The notes under the pieces are model-generated. The model saw only the letters and a list, made by a program, of their open reading frames with translations. It was not told the origin of the DNA and made no database searches. From positions 1 to 64,000 of the forward strand of contig JAYUUN010000082.1 of assembly GCA_043754535.1 (NCBI GenBank): a DNA stretch of 64,000 bases, written 5' to 3'. Source of the stretch: Chloroflexota bacterium. GTDB lineage: Bacteria > Chloroflexota > Chloroflexia > QHBQ01. Both the position numbers and the translations under genes were made by a program. The stretch's first letter is position 1. Each line of letters opens with the position of its first letter. Positions 47,646-57,653 of the stretch are shown piece by piece.

Positions 47646-49232
47646 TCAGAGGATGAACTTGCTCAAGTCCTCATCTTCTACCAGGTCGGTGATGCGCTGG
47701 TCTACATAGGCTGCGTCCACGACGAAGCGTTCACCGGGTCGCTCTGGTGCGTCAAAGGAGATTTCCTCCAACACCTTCTCGATGATCGTGTGCAGGCGGC
47801 GTGCGCCAATGTCCTCTGTGCGCTCGTTCACCTCGGCGGCAACCTCGGCCATGCGGCGCAGGCCGTCGCTTGTAAACTCCAACTCCACCTGCTCGGTCGC
47901 CAGCAACGCAACGTACTGTTTGGTCAACGAGTTCTCTGGCTGCACCAGGATCGCCTCCAGGTCGTCCTGGCTGAGGCTATCCAACTCCACGCGCAAGGGA
48001 AAGCGGCCCTGCAACTCTGGGATCAAGTCGGAGGGCTTCACGTCATGAAAAGCACCGGCAGCGATAAAGAGGATGTGGTCGCTCTTGACTGGGCCGTAGC
48101 GGGTATTAACCGTTGAGCCTTCGACAATAGGTAGGAGGTCGCGCTGAACCCCCTCGTTAGACACGTCTGGACCCACCTCCACCTCGCTGCCCACGATCTT
48201 GTCCAGTTCGTCCAGGAAGACAACCCCGTGATCCTGCACCCGCTTGATTGCCTGCTCGATGATTGCGTCAAAGTCCAGCAGCTTGTGCGACTCCTCGTGG
48301 GTGAGCAGGCGGCGGGCTTCACGCACGCTCAGCTTACGCTGGCGATGACTGCCCCCCCGCCGCAGACCCTCCATGAAGTCGTGGAAGCTCTCTGGCAGGT
48401 CGTCGCTACCCATGCCCGGCATGAACTCGACCATGCTACCGATCTCCTCGGCATCCAGGTCAATCTCGATAGTCTCCTCCTCAAGCTGCTGGCTGGCGAG
48501 TAGCTGGGCCACCTGCTGGCGTTGGGCGCGTAGCTTGCGCTCCTGGGCAGGATTGCGCTTGGCCTCGACGGCCTCGCGCTTCTCCCCCTCAATCTCATCG
48601 CCAGCAGGCTGGGCGGGCTTGCGGCGCGGCTTTTGCGGCTCGCTGGCCCGGTTGCGGCTGGCAACGATGTAGGTGATCAGCTTCTCGTTCGCCTGCTCCT
48701 CTGCCTTGCCCTTCACCTCAATCAGCTTCTCGTCGTGGACAAGACCAAAAGCGATGTCGGTGAGGTCGCGGATAATACTCTCCACATCGCGGCCCACATA
48801 ACCTACCTCGGTGAACTTGGTCGCCTCTACCTTGATGAAGGGTGCATCGATCAGCTTGGCAACGCGCCGCGCAATCTCGGTCTTGCCCACCCCGGTCGGG
48901 CCGATCATCAGGATGTTCTTGGGGCTAACGTCGTCGCGCAGCTCCTCGGCAAGCTGCTGCCGACGGTAGCGGTTCCGCAGGGCGACAGCGACAGCTCGCT
49001 TGGCGGCGGGTTGGCCGACAATATAGCGATCCAGAGCCGCAACTATCTGGCGCGGAGTGAGCGCAGCCAGACGGATAGCAGCCTGTTGCTCGGCAGGGCT
49101 GAGAGACTGATCGCTACTGCCCCCTGGCCCGCTGTTGGGGGTTGGCTGCTCGGCGGTCGCTGGCTCTGGGGCAGTCGCTGGCTCGACGTGCAGTTGTTCA
49201 TTGGGGCTGCTAATCTTTTCGTTCGTCGTCAT
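47646..49232 (-). CDS. hslU: ATP-dependent protease ATPase subunit HslU
   Basis: NILMIGPTGVGKTEIARR, TEVGYVGRDV, GVQRDLLP, PELQGRFP, DEDLSKFIL. Confidence 0.97.
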   Translation of the reverse strand: MTTNEKISSPNEQLHVEPATAPEPATAEQPTPNSGPGGSSDQSLSPAEQQAAIRLAALTPRQIVAALDRYIVGQPAAKRAVAVALRNRYRRQQLAEELRDDVSPKNILMIGPTGVGKTEIARRVAKLIDAPFIKVEATKFTEVGYVGRDVESIIRDLTDIAFGLVHDEKLIEVKGKAEEQANEKLITYIVASRNRASEPQKPRRKPAQPAGDEIEGEKREAVEAKRNPAQERKLRAQRQQVAQLLASQQLEEETIEIDLDAEEIGSMVEFMPGMGSDDLPESFHDFMEGLRRGGSHRQRKLSVREARRLLTHEESHKLLDFDAIIEQAIKRVQDHGVVFLDELDKIVGSEVEVGPDVSNEGVQRDLLPIVEGSTVNTRYGPVKSDHILFIAAGAFHDVKPSDLIPELQGRFPLRVELDSLSQDDLEAILVQPENSLTKQYVALLATEQVELEFTSDGLRRMAEVAAEVNERTEDIGARRLHTIIEKVLEEISFDAPERPGERFVVDAAYVDQRITDLVEDEDLSKFIL

Positions 49233-49884
49233 TTTTATCTTCTTCGTCATCATCGTCATCATCGTCATCATCATCGTCGTCATCGTCGGTAGCTACCTTG
49301 CCTTCGGGCAGAGGCAGATCAGCAGGAGCGTCACCGTCGCTCGCGCTCGCACTAGTGCCATCGGCGTTAATCACGTTGACAGTGAGGGTGTTGTTGGTAT
49401 AGAGGTCCATGCGGGCAGCAATCTGCATGGCGGTGCGCGCAATCTCCTCAGCCCCCATCTCGGTGTGGTTGAGCAAGGCGAGGGCGGCAGCCTGGGCGTA
49501 AGGGCCACCAGTGCCGATAGCGACCACGCCCTCATCTGGCTCAATAATATCGCCATCGCCAGAGAGAACCAGAATATACTGGCTGTCAGCCACCACCAGT
49601 TGCGCTTCCAGGCGGCGCAAAGCCTTGTCGCTGCGCCACTCCTTGCCCAGTTCAACGGCAGCACGTCGGAGGTTGCCATGATACTGCTCAAGCTGGCTCT
49701 CGAACCGCTCTAGCAGAGTGAGTGCGTCAGCAACAGCCCCAGCGAAGCCGGCAGCCACCCGATCCTCGTAGAGGAAGCGAATCTTGTGCGCCGAGTGCTT
49801 CATCACCACATCGCCGAACGTCACCTGCCCATCACCAACCACCGCCACTTGATTGCCACGCCGCACTGCCAGGATCGTTGTCAA
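49210..49884 (-). CDS. hslV: ATP-dependent protease subunit HslV with poly-Asp tail
   Basis: MTTILAV, GDGQVT, GFAG..ADA, LRRLEA, AIGTGG. Confidence 0.96.
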   Translation of the reverse strand: MTTILAVRRGNQVAVVGDGQVTFGDVVMKHSAHKIRFLYEDRVAAGFAGAVADALTLLERFESQLEQYHGNLRRAAVELGKEWRSDKALRRLEAQLVVADSQYILVLSGDGDIIEPDEGVVAIGTGGPYAQAAALALLNHTEMGAEEIARTAMQIAARMDLYTNNTLTVNVINADGTSASASDGDAPADLPLPEGKVATDDDDDDDDDDDDDDEEDKNDDERKD

Positions 49885-50066
49885 ATTGTGGTACTCCCTT
49901 TGTCATAATCTTGATGCTGCTTGCAGCACAACGGCCTGCGAGCAGCAAGTACCATCCATTATACCAGCTTTGGCCGAAGATGCAAGGGGTTGGCAACCGT
50001 GTATCCTTGGAGCGTTGCGCAGAGCGATGTAGCTAGCTGCTCCCCACAACCAGTAGCTACAAGGCA

Positions 50067-50106
50067 AAGAGAAGGGGCTGGAAACTGGTTAGCTTCCAAC
50101 CCCTCT
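50067..50106 (-). terminator. Intrinsic terminator after rplT
   Basis: Minus strand AGGGGTTGGAAGCT-AACC-AGTTTCCAGCCCCT followed by TCTCTTT. Confidence 0.6.
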
Positions 50107-50123
50107 GCTCTGATCAGCGCAGT

Positions 50124-50522
50124 TCAGGCCTGCGCCAGCTGCACTGTGGGGTGTTGGGGAGGTAGGGTAGCCAACTGGTCACGCACCTGCCCAGCCAGAG
50201 TGGCAAACGCTTCTGGGTTGTTGACTGCCAGATCAGCCATCACCTTGCGGTCGAGGACGATCCCGGCTAGCTTGAGGCCATAGATCATCTCGCTATAAGA
50301 CATCTGGTGCAGGCGAGCAGCAGCATTGATGCGCGTAATCCAGAGGCTTCGCATATCACGCTTCTTGGTGCGGCGGTCGCGATACTGGTAAGCCAGAGCG
50401 TGAAACAGGCTCTGCTTGGCACTGCGGTGTAGGCGGCTGCGTGTACCCTTAAACCCCTCGGCCATATTGAGGACTTTTTGGCGGCGGTGGCGGGATGCAG
50501 GCCCGTGCTTGACACGTGGCAT
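50124..50522 (-). CDS. rplT: 50S ribosomal protein L20
   Basis: MPRVK, YQYRDRR.KKRDMRSLWITRINAA, LDRKVMADLA. Confidence 0.98.
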   Translation of the reverse strand: MPRVKHGPASRHRRQKVLNMAEGFKGTRSRLHRSAKQSLFHALAYQYRDRRTKKRDMRSLWITRINAAARLHQMSYSEMIYGLKLAGIVLDRKVMADLAVNNPEAFATLAGQVRDQLATLPPQHPTVQLAQA

Positions 50523-50693
50523 GGTTCGAGTTGCTCCTTATCTAATATAGTCACTTGCCCGCCTGCGGTGTTCGCAACGAACTTTGCAGGGCCATCAGCG
50601 ACGGGAACCGAACAGCCGCTCTTCTGGGCGGCGGCTGCTTGCTTGTCAATCCCTCACCCCTTCCCCTTGCAGAGGCTGGGCAAGGGTAGGTGA

Positions 50694-50909
50694 TCAGTCA
50701 ATCGCGCCATAGGGCAGGTTGCGGCGCGCTATGCGAGCCTGGCCTGCTCCTACCGGGTACATCTTGTCGAGAGCCTGCTTGACCCGCAGCGGCTTGCGGC
50801 GGCGGAAGTGGCTCTTACCCCCTTTGGTGCGTAGAACGAGGCCACCGCCAGTGATCTTGAAGCGGCGGCGCGCCCCCTTGTGGGTCTTGAGCTTGTACTT
50901 GGTGGACAT
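50694..50909 (-). CDS. rpmI: 50S ribosomal protein L35
   Basis: KLKTHKGARRRFKITGGG, KSH, LPY. Confidence 0.96.
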   Translation of the reverse strand: MSTKYKLKTHKGARRRFKITGGGLVLRTKGGKSHFRRRKPLRVKQALDKMYPVGAGQARIARRNLPYGAID

Positions 50910-51142
50910 CAGCTATCCCTTCGCTAAAATCGCCCTTTTTGGGCAAAACTAAGGCAAACGCAAACGTAGACCGCCTGCGAAACGCCCCAGCATTATACCA
51001 AACCAGATGCGTCCCGGTCAAGCAACAATTAGCACGCAGAGACACCCTGCTTGTATCAACCAGGGTGCTTCAATGTGTTAGGCTGCTCATGCGCTCAGGT
51101 CTGCGCCGCAGCCGCCAGGCTAGGGCTGCCATTCTCTGCGTG

Positions 51143-51466
51143 CTAGTTGACCTCGGCCACTGTGCTGTCGCGGTTGCCATTGTAGAAGGCGATACGCCCA
51201 GCAATCTGCTCATACCCAGCCTTTGGCTTGTCGTAGACCCAGCCAATGTCGCGGGCGGTGGTAGCACCGTCTTGCAGATCGACCCAGAAGCAGACCCCCT
51301 TGTAGGGGCAGGTGTAGGTGCGCTCGGTGACCTTCAGTACCGCCATGTTGACCTGGGCAGGGTCGAAGTACCAATTGCCCTCGAAGTAGAGTAGTTGCTC
51401 TGGCTCACTGCCCTGGGCCAGCACTGTGCCAGCCTTGTCCTTGATCGTTACAGCCCGGTTTGCCAT
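51143..51466 (-). CDS. DUF427 family protein
   Basis: EGNWYF, TCPYKG, WVYDKP, GRIAFY. Confidence 0.85.
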   Translation of the reverse strand: MANRAVTIKDKAGTVLAQGSEPEQLLYFEGNWYFDPAQVNMAVLKVTERTYTCPYKGVCFWVDLQDGATTARDIGWVYDKPKAGYEQIAGRIAFYNGNRDSTVAEVN

Positions 51467-51519
51467 CTCTGTTCTCCCTCATAGTAATAACATTCTTATA
51501 GGAAGATGCGTGCCACGCC

Positions 51520-53196
51520 TCAGGCCAGCAAGCTCTCCACCTCGGCCAGGGTAGCAGCTCGCAGGGCGGCAGCGGCCAACTCGCGGCAGCGGGCGGCACT
51601 GCTAGCCCGCACCACTGCCTTGACTGGCAGCAGCGAGGGGGCCGCCATGCTAAGTTCATCCACCCCCAAACCCAGCCAGAGTGGTGTCAGTTGAGAGTCG
51701 CCCGCCGCTTCTCCACAGATGCCCACCCAGCGGCCCTCGGCATGGGCGGCCTCAACGACGCGAGCCACAGCGCGTAGGAGGGCAGGTTGCTTTGCGCTGT
51801 AGAGGCTGGCAACGTGCGGGTTGCTGCGGTCGGCGGCAAGCACGTACTGGGTCAGGTCATTAGTGCCAATGCTGAAGAAATCAGCCTCCCGCGCCAGCAG
51901 ATCAGCCATTAGCACTGCTGCTGGTACTTCTACCATGATGCCAACCTCTACCTCTGCTACCCCGGTTGCAGCCTGTGCCTCTGCCAGCAGCTTGCGGGCA
52001 GCACGCAGTTCCTCCACTGTCGTGACCATCGGGAACATGATGCTCAGCTTACGGTCTGCGGCCTTGAGGATCGCCCGCAACTGGCTGGCTAGCAGAGCAG
52101 GGCGATCCAGACCCACCCGCAGCCCCCGCCAGCCGAGGAAGGGGTTGGCTTCGGTGGGGAAGGCTAGCCAAGCTGGGGGTTTGTCGCCACCCAGGTCGAG
52201 CGTACGGATCACGATCTCCCTACCAGGGAGAGCAGTGAGGATCGCAGCATAGGCGGCGGTCTGCTCCGCCTCCGTCAGTTCGTGTTCGCCAAAGAGAAAC
52301 TCCGTCCGTAGCAGCCCAATCCCCTCCCCGCCCGCCGCCGCGATAGCCTCTGCGTCAGCGACCGAAGTGGCATTACCGACTAGCCGCAGGCGGTAGCCAT
52401 CGCTAGTTATAGCGGGTAGGTCGCGCAGGCTGGCGAGTTGAGCAGTGGCTTGCTGTTCGCTGGCTGCCTGCTGCTGGTAGTGGGCGAGGGTGGCTGGAGC
52501 GGGATTTAGGAGCAGGCGGCCACTCGTGCCATCCAGCACGGCGGTCGCCCCATCATCGCTCTGGGGCCACTCGCGCAGGCCAACAACGAGTGGGATAGCA
52601 CGGGCGCGGGCCAAGATAGCCGCGTGTGAGGTTGGCCCACCCTCTAGCAGGCCAATGCCCACCACATTCCGCAGCCCTGCCGTCTCTGAAGGCGAAAGGT
52701 CGGGGGCAAGCAAGATGGTAGGTGCGCTCAGACGGCTAAAGTCCAGGGGGGGTGGCGCGCCTTGCAAGATGCGGACGACGCGGCGGGCAACGTCCAACAC
52801 GTCGGCGGCCCGTTCTCTCAGGTAGGGGTCATCGAGGCTGGCTAGCATTGCGCTGACGGCCTGGGCGGTCGTCAGGATCGCCGCCTCCGCCGAGGCCGCC
52901 TGGCTGCGGATCAATTCCAGCGCACCGTCAATCAGTTCAGGGTCTTCAGCCATCAACTGCTGCGCCTCAAAGATGCCCGCCTCCGCTCCGCCCAGTGTCG
53001 TGCGCGCTTCAGCGGCCAGCGCAGCAATCTCCGTGCTGGCCTGGGTTAGAGCGAGGTGCAGCCGCTCCTCCTCTGCCGCGCTATCCACTGCGGTGGGGGC
53101 GTAGCTGGCAACCGGCGACCCGGCATAGCGCAGCAACACACCAATGCCCACTCCATGCACGACCGCCTGCCCTTGCAAGACCTGCTCCTCAGCCAT
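51520..53196 (-). CDS. ptsI: PEP-protein phosphotransferase (PTS enzyme I)
   Basis: TSHAAILAR, GIGLLRTEFLF, RTLDLGGDK, EANPFLGWRG, SIGTNDLTQY, ICGE. Confidence 0.96.
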   Translation of the reverse strand: MAEEQVLQGQAVVHGVGIGVLLRYAGSPVASYAPTAVDSAAEEERLHLALTQASTEIAALAAEARTTLGGAEAGIFEAQQLMAEDPELIDGALELIRSQAASAEAAILTTAQAVSAMLASLDDPYLRERAADVLDVARRVVRILQGAPPPLDFSRLSAPTILLAPDLSPSETAGLRNVVGIGLLEGGPTSHAAILARARAIPLVVGLREWPQSDDGATAVLDGTSGRLLLNPAPATLAHYQQQAASEQQATAQLASLRDLPAITSDGYRLRLVGNATSVADAEAIAAAGGEGIGLLRTEFLFGEHELTEAEQTAAYAAILTALPGREIVIRTLDLGGDKPPAWLAFPTEANPFLGWRGLRVGLDRPALLASQLRAILKAADRKLSIMFPMVTTVEELRAARKLLAEAQAATGVAEVEVGIMVEVPAAVLMADLLAREADFFSIGTNDLTQYVLAADRSNPHVASLYSAKQPALLRAVARVVEAAHAEGRWVGICGEAAGDSQLTPLWLGLGVDELSMAAPSLLPVKAVVRASSAARCRELAAAALRAATLAEVESLLA

Positions 53197-53241
53197 AGTC
53201 AGTCCTTATCCGTTTTATTGCGCCCGCCCCGACTGCATGGC

Positions 53242-53889
53242 TCAGGCAGTCTGTACCTTAGCCAACGTGTCGGCAACAGCGCGCAGGATCAGGGCAGTAG
53301 AGGTTGCACCAGGGTCCTGGTGGTCGCGGCTGCGCTCGCCGAGGTAGCTAGCCCTCCCTTTGGTGGCGATCAGCGGGATTGTGGCGCGCATCCCCTGCTC
53401 GGCGGCGGTGGCAGCGGCAGCGAAGGCTTCGGTGGGCGACTGGCCCGCATCCGCAGCCGCTTTAAGCGCATCCTGGGCGGGAACGAGCGCATCTAGCATC
53501 GTCTTTTCGCCAGTCTCAGCCTTGCCACGCATCTTGATCCCCTCAACGAAGGCAGCCATTGCGGCCACCGCGTCAGCCATCGTCAGGCTACTCTTGCCAG
53601 CCAGAGCGGTGCCAGCCCGTAGGAAGCCAGTGCCGTAGAGAGGGCCGCTGGCCCCACCAACAGTGGAGATCAGAGTGCTGGCGACTAGCTTGAGCATCGC
53701 GCCAATATCGCTCTGCTCAGTCCCAGCTAGCTTCTGGCGCACAGCCTGGAAGCCGCGATCCATGTTCGCCCCGTGGTCGGCATCACCAACTGCTGCGTCG
53801 AGGTCGATCAGGTACTGGCGGTTCTCGTGGATCACATCAACAATATGTTCGAGGCAGGCCAAAGCTGCCCGGCTGTCAATTTCTTGCAT
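53242..53889 (-). CDS. dhaL: Dihydroxyacetone kinase ADP-binding subunit DhaL
   Basis: LDAAVGDADHG.NM.RGF, GGASGPLYG, GEKTMLD, KGRASYLGERS..HQDPGA. Confidence 0.97.
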   Translation of the reverse strand: MQEIDSRAALACLEHIVDVIHENRQYLIDLDAAVGDADHGANMDRGFQAVRQKLAGTEQSDIGAMLKLVASTLISTVGGASGPLYGTGFLRAGTALAGKSSLTMADAVAAMAAFVEGIKMRGKAETGEKTMLDALVPAQDALKAAADAGQSPTEAFAAAATAAEQGMRATIPLIATKGRASYLGERSRDHQDPGATSTALILRAVADTLAKVQTA

Positions 53890-53987
53890 GGTGTCCTCTA
53901 TGATCGGCTTTGGCGATATGTATTGGAGACTGCTTTCTGGTCAGCGATAGGGGTGAACAAGCTGCCCACCCCCACCTGGACTACTAC

Positions 53988-54989
53988 TTACATCCCCCAG
54001 CGCAGGCCAGCAGTCAGCACCGGCGCGTCCCAGAGGCCGAGCATCTCATCGTCGGCGTTGACCAGGGTGATCGAGCAACCCTGCATCTCCAGCGAAGTGA
54101 TGTAGTTGCCAACCAGGTTGCGGGCGATCTTCACCCCCATGCCGTCAAGGATGTGGGCCAGCTTGCGGTAGACGATGTAAAGTTCGATCTGCGGCGTGCC
54201 ACCCATACCGTTGACCATTGCGATCACGTTGTCACCCCGTTTGAGGCCGAGGGCTTCGATCACTGGCATCGCCAGCAACTCAGTAACCTCGTCGGCTGGG
54301 GCCATCTTCATACGGGTGCGGCCTGGTTCGCCATGGATACCAATGCCGATCTCCATCTCGTCGTCGCCAATCTCGAAGGTCGGCTTGCCAGCGGCAGGTA
54401 CTGTGCAACTGGTCAAAGCCATGCCCATACTGCGGCCCATATTGTTGACCTTGCGACACATCTCAGCAACGGTGTGCAGGTCAGCCCCTTTGTCTGCCAG
54501 TGCGCCAACGATCTTCTCGGCCAGCACCGTCGCGCCTACCCCGCGTCGCCCTGTGGTGTAGAGGCTATCCTTCACCGCCACGTCGTCGTCAATCACTACC
54601 GACTCGACCTGGATGTTATCGGCAGCGGCCAGTTCGGCCCCCATCTCAAAGTTCATGATGTCGCCAGTGTAGTTCTTGACGATGTGCAGCACGCCTGCGC
54701 CGCCGTTAACCGCAATGGTCGCAGCTTGCATCTGGTCCGGGGTGGGCGAGGTGAAGACCTGCCCAGCGCAAGCAGCGTCCAGCATCCCATGCCCGACATA
54801 GCCACCATGCATCGGCTCGTGGCCGCTGCCACCACCAGAGATGATACCAACCTTGCCCTGGATCGGGGCATCCTTGCGGATGATCAGCCGGTGTTCGGCA
54901 TCAATGCGCACGAGATTGGGGTGGGCAAGGGCGATCCCTTCAAGTTCCTCGTTAACTACGTCATCGGGGTTGTTGATCAGCTTCTTCAC
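53988..54989 (-). CDS. dhaK: Dihydroxyacetone kinase subunit DhaK
   Basis: [30 protein letters not shown]. Confidence 0.97.
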   Translation of the reverse strand: MKKLINNPDDVVNEELEGIALAHPNLVRIDAEHRLIIRKDAPIQGKVGIISGGGSGHEPMHGGYVGHGMLDAACAGQVFTSPTPDQMQAATIAVNGGAGVLHIVKNYTGDIMNFEMGAELAAADNIQVESVVIDDDVAVKDSLYTTGRRGVGATVLAEKIVGALADKGADLHTVAEMCRKVNNMGRSMGMALTSCTVPAAGKPTFEIGDDEMEIGIGIHGEPGRTRMKMAPADEVTELLAMPVIEALGLKRGDNVIAMVNGMGGTPQIELYIVYRKLAHILDGMGVKIARNLVGNYITSLEMQGCSITLVNADDEMLGLWDAPVLTAGLRWGM

Positions 54990-55306
54990 TGTACGGTTCC
55001 TTCCTTGGATGTGTCAGCGGATTGGTCATCTTGATCGCCGATCAGATGCTCTGCAATGAGCATCGCCAGGGTAGCCGCCAACGCCGCTACTTCGTCGTCG
55101 CCGTGAGCGGTAAGGGATACGGTTGAGCCATGCCTGACCCCCAGGGCAAGGAGCGCAGTAATGCTCTTTGCGTTTGCGTGGCGGCCAGTGCTGGGCAGGG
55201 TAAGGGTGATAGTAGAACGGTAACGGTTGGCGGTTTGCACCAACTGGGCGGCAGGTCGAGCGTGGATACCTAGCGGATCGACGATCTGGACTTCTTTGCC
55301 CTGCAT
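54986..55306 (-). CDS. HPr family phosphocarrier
   Basis: [13 protein letters not shown]. Confidence 0.93.
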   Translation of the reverse strand: MQGKEVQIVDPLGIHARPAAQLVQTANRYRSTITLTLPSTGRHANAKSITALLALGVRHGSTVSLTAHGDDEVAALAATLAMLIAEHLIGDQDDQSADTSKEGTVQ

Positions 55307-55317
55307 AAGCTGGCTCC

Positions 55318-55713
55318 CTAATTGACGTTCTTCGGCATCTGGCGCGCTTCCTCAATGGCAACCAGCAGTTCAGCAAGCGACTGGCCGAGACCGGATTGGA
55401 TCGCCGCCAGCACTGCACCTTCTACCAATGGCACGTCGCTCATCCGCACATGGCTGCGCTCCTCGTCGCTCAGTTGCTCCAACGCAACCTCAGCATTGAG
55501 GACTGCGCTACCCATGTCCAGTAGGATGACCACGCCATCTTCGCTATAGGTCTCGTGGATTGCCGCCAGGATTTTGGCAGCAGAGGTGCCGAGACCGCCA
55601 TCGTCAGTGCCGCCCGCCACTGCTATGGGTGCGTCGCGGGCCATCTGGCCGATCAACTCCTGAAGACCTTCTACCAGCTTTGCGCTGTGTGACACCAGCA
55701 CGATGCCAACCAT
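55318..55713 (-). CDS. dhaM: Dihydroxyacetone kinase phosphotransfer subunit DhaM (EIIA-Man-like)
   Basis: MVGIVLVSHS, AGGTDDGGLGTS, DMGSA, PLVEGA. Confidence 0.95.
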   Translation of the reverse strand: MVGIVLVSHSAKLVEGLQELIGQMARDAPIAVAGGTDDGGLGTSAAKILAAIHETYSEDGVVILLDMGSAVLNAEVALEQLSDEERSHVRMSDVPLVEGAVLAAIQSGLGQSLAELLVAIEEARQMPKNVN

Positions 55714-56044
55714 AAAGGTTTTCCCTTCCTCACCACTCGGTTTTGCGGTTTGTTGCTTGTTCCCTATTATAAACTGGCTGTCAAATCCTGGACAGGACGC
55801 AGCCTGGGGGTAGTCAAGCCAACCAACGCCTGCAACCGATTACCGAAGTGCGCCCGTCCTGAACCTGCCCCGCTAGCAGCGCAACAGGCTTAGGGCCGCA
55901 GTGCTTGCTCACAACAAGGGCAGTAGCGGCTGCTGAACAACTACGTTGCAGGTGGAAGGGAGACATGGTAGAATAACAATGCTGCTACTCTCTCGTTCTG
56001 TATTAGCGCACGGTACTAGCAGGTTTCTGGATTGGAGCATGGTA

Positions 56045-56581
56045 ATGGCAATGCAGGGCGTAGCCGGGCTGATCATCTTCGACCTGGAAGGGACGCTGAT
56101 CTCGCCCTACATGAAGAACCCCAACCGCGAATACCATCGTTGGCACTTGCTGCCTGGGCGGGCCGAGCGGCTGCGCCAGTTGCAAGCTGAGGGCTGGGTT
56201 ATTGGGGTGGCTAGCAACCAGGCCGGGGTTGCCTTCGGCCACATCGTCGAAGCCGACTTCCAGCGCAAGATCGCCGAGGTAGCCGAGCAGCTTGGCGTAC
56301 AGTTTGAACACCGCGTCTGCTATCACCACCAACGGGCTACCATCTCCGTCTATCGCGACCCTCTGGGGGTGCTGCGCCGCAAGCCAGGGGGAGCAATGCT
56401 GGCTGAGTTGATGGCTGCCCACCGTGCGGCCGCCAGCCGCCAGTCCCTCTACGTCGGCGACGCTGAGGAGGACGAGCAGGCGGCCCAGCACGCTGGCATC
56501 CCCTTCACCTGGAGTTGGCACTTCTTTGGCGACGAGCAGCAGGGGGTCACTTACCACCTGCCCGTCGAGCGCATCTTCTAG
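56045..56581 (+). CDS. HAD-IIIA family phosphatase
   Basis: FDLEGTL, SNQAGV, RRKPGGAML, YVGD. Confidence 0.85.
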   Translation: MAMQGVAGLIIFDLEGTLISPYMKNPNREYHRWHLLPGRAERLRQLQAEGWVIGVASNQAGVAFGHIVEADFQRKIAEVAEQLGVQFEHRVCYHHQRATISVYRDPLGVLRRKPGGAMLAELMAAHRAAASRQSLYVGDAEEDEQAAQHAGIPFTWSWHFFGDEQQGVTYHLPVERIF

Positions 56582-56589
56582 CTGTCAAC

Positions 56590-57540
56590 TCAAGCAGCCG
56601 GGTGTTGGCCGAACCATTCGAGCGTGTGTCGTACCGCCTCTAGGTGAGGAGTGAAGTGGAAATCTGGGTGAGCAGCCGCGAACTTGCTGCCGTCGATCAT
56701 ATACGGCTCGGCGAACTGGTACATCATCTCGGCGAACTCGCGGGCATTGCCATTGAACAGGCCACCGAAGCGCACAAACCACTGAGCCATTACTCCCACA
56801 TTGAGAGGCTTGCCTGCCGCCTGGTAGACCAGGGCGAGGAACTGCCTGCCAGTGATTGGCCCAGCACCAGGGATTTGCCAACTCTGGCCGTAAGCAGCCG
56901 CGTTGTTCGCCAACAGCAGGCAAGCGGCAGCAGCATCAGCGTTGTAGAGCATCTCATGGGGTTGGTCGAGGTTGGCAGGCCAGCTAGCCTTCTTGCCCGC
57001 GAGTGCCGCCTTGAACAGCGGAGCGATCAGAGCGTTGGTCACATTGGGGCCGTAGAACTCTGGCATCCGCGGGATCACTACCTGCACCCTACCCGCCTGG
57101 TGTGCGGCTAGCATCTTTGCCTCTAGCTGGTTGCGAAGCTGGCCCTTACGGGTGTGTGCAGCAAGCGGGTGATCTTCTTTAACCGGTGGGTGCTGGAAGT
57201 GGCCGTAGCCGTAGAAGTTGCCAGCAAACAGCAGCTTTGCTCCGCTCTGCTCTGCCGCAGCCATGATGTTGTCGGCGATCAGGGGCATCTGGCTAAACCA
57301 ATCAGCGTAGGGTACGTTGGCTATGTTGTAGAGGATGGCTGCCCCCTCGCTGGCCTTGCTCACCTCCGCCAGCTTGAGGGCATCGGCGGCGACGATTTCG
57401 GCCCCAGCAGGCAGTATCTCGCGGGCCTTAGCAAGGTTACGGACGACAGCGCGGGTTGGCTTGCCCTCCTTAACCAATTGGTTGACGATAGCATAGCCAA
57501 GTGCGCCGTTCGCACCGAATACTACGTGGGTCTGATTCAT
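56590..57540 (-). CDS. NAD-dependent epimerase/dehydratase family protein
   Basis: GANGALG, GNFYGYG, TRKGQLR, FYGP. Confidence 0.9.
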   Translation of the reverse strand: MNQTHVVFGANGALGYAIVNQLVKEGKPTRAVVRNLAKAREILPAGAEIVAADALKLAEVSKASEGAAILYNIANVPYADWFSQMPLIADNIMAAAEQSGAKLLFAGNFYGYGHFQHPPVKEDHPLAAHTRKGQLRNQLEAKMLAAHQAGRVQVVIPRMPEFYGPNVTNALIAPLFKAALAGKKASWPANLDQPHEMLYNADAAAACLLLANNAAAYGQSWQIPGAGPITGRQFLALVYQAAGKPLNVGVMAQWFVRFGGLFNGNAREFAEMMYQFAEPYMIDGSKFAAAHPDFHFTPHLEAVRHTLEWFGQHPAA

Positions 57541-57653
57541 TGTTCTTTCCTCTCTGCTTTGCTGAAGGTTAATGGTCGACATTAGGGGGTGAGGCGGCTA
57601 TTGTGAAACACGGTCAAACGTTGAACGTTGTTAACAACACGGCCAAAAAATAG

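Noticed and set aside
49233..49283. Met/Thr-rich N-terminal extension of HslU in the ORF track
   Set aside because: Alternative-frame reading of the HslV poly-Asp codons; true start likely 49232
53910..55034. Long antisense ORFs (e.g. 374 aa opposite dhaK; 296 aa at 19508..20398)
   Set aside because: Typical shadows of high-GC coding strands with no recognisable motifs
55714..56040. Possible riboswitch or ncRNA upstream of the dha operon
   Set aside because: No recognisable aptamer consensus or convincing stems by eye
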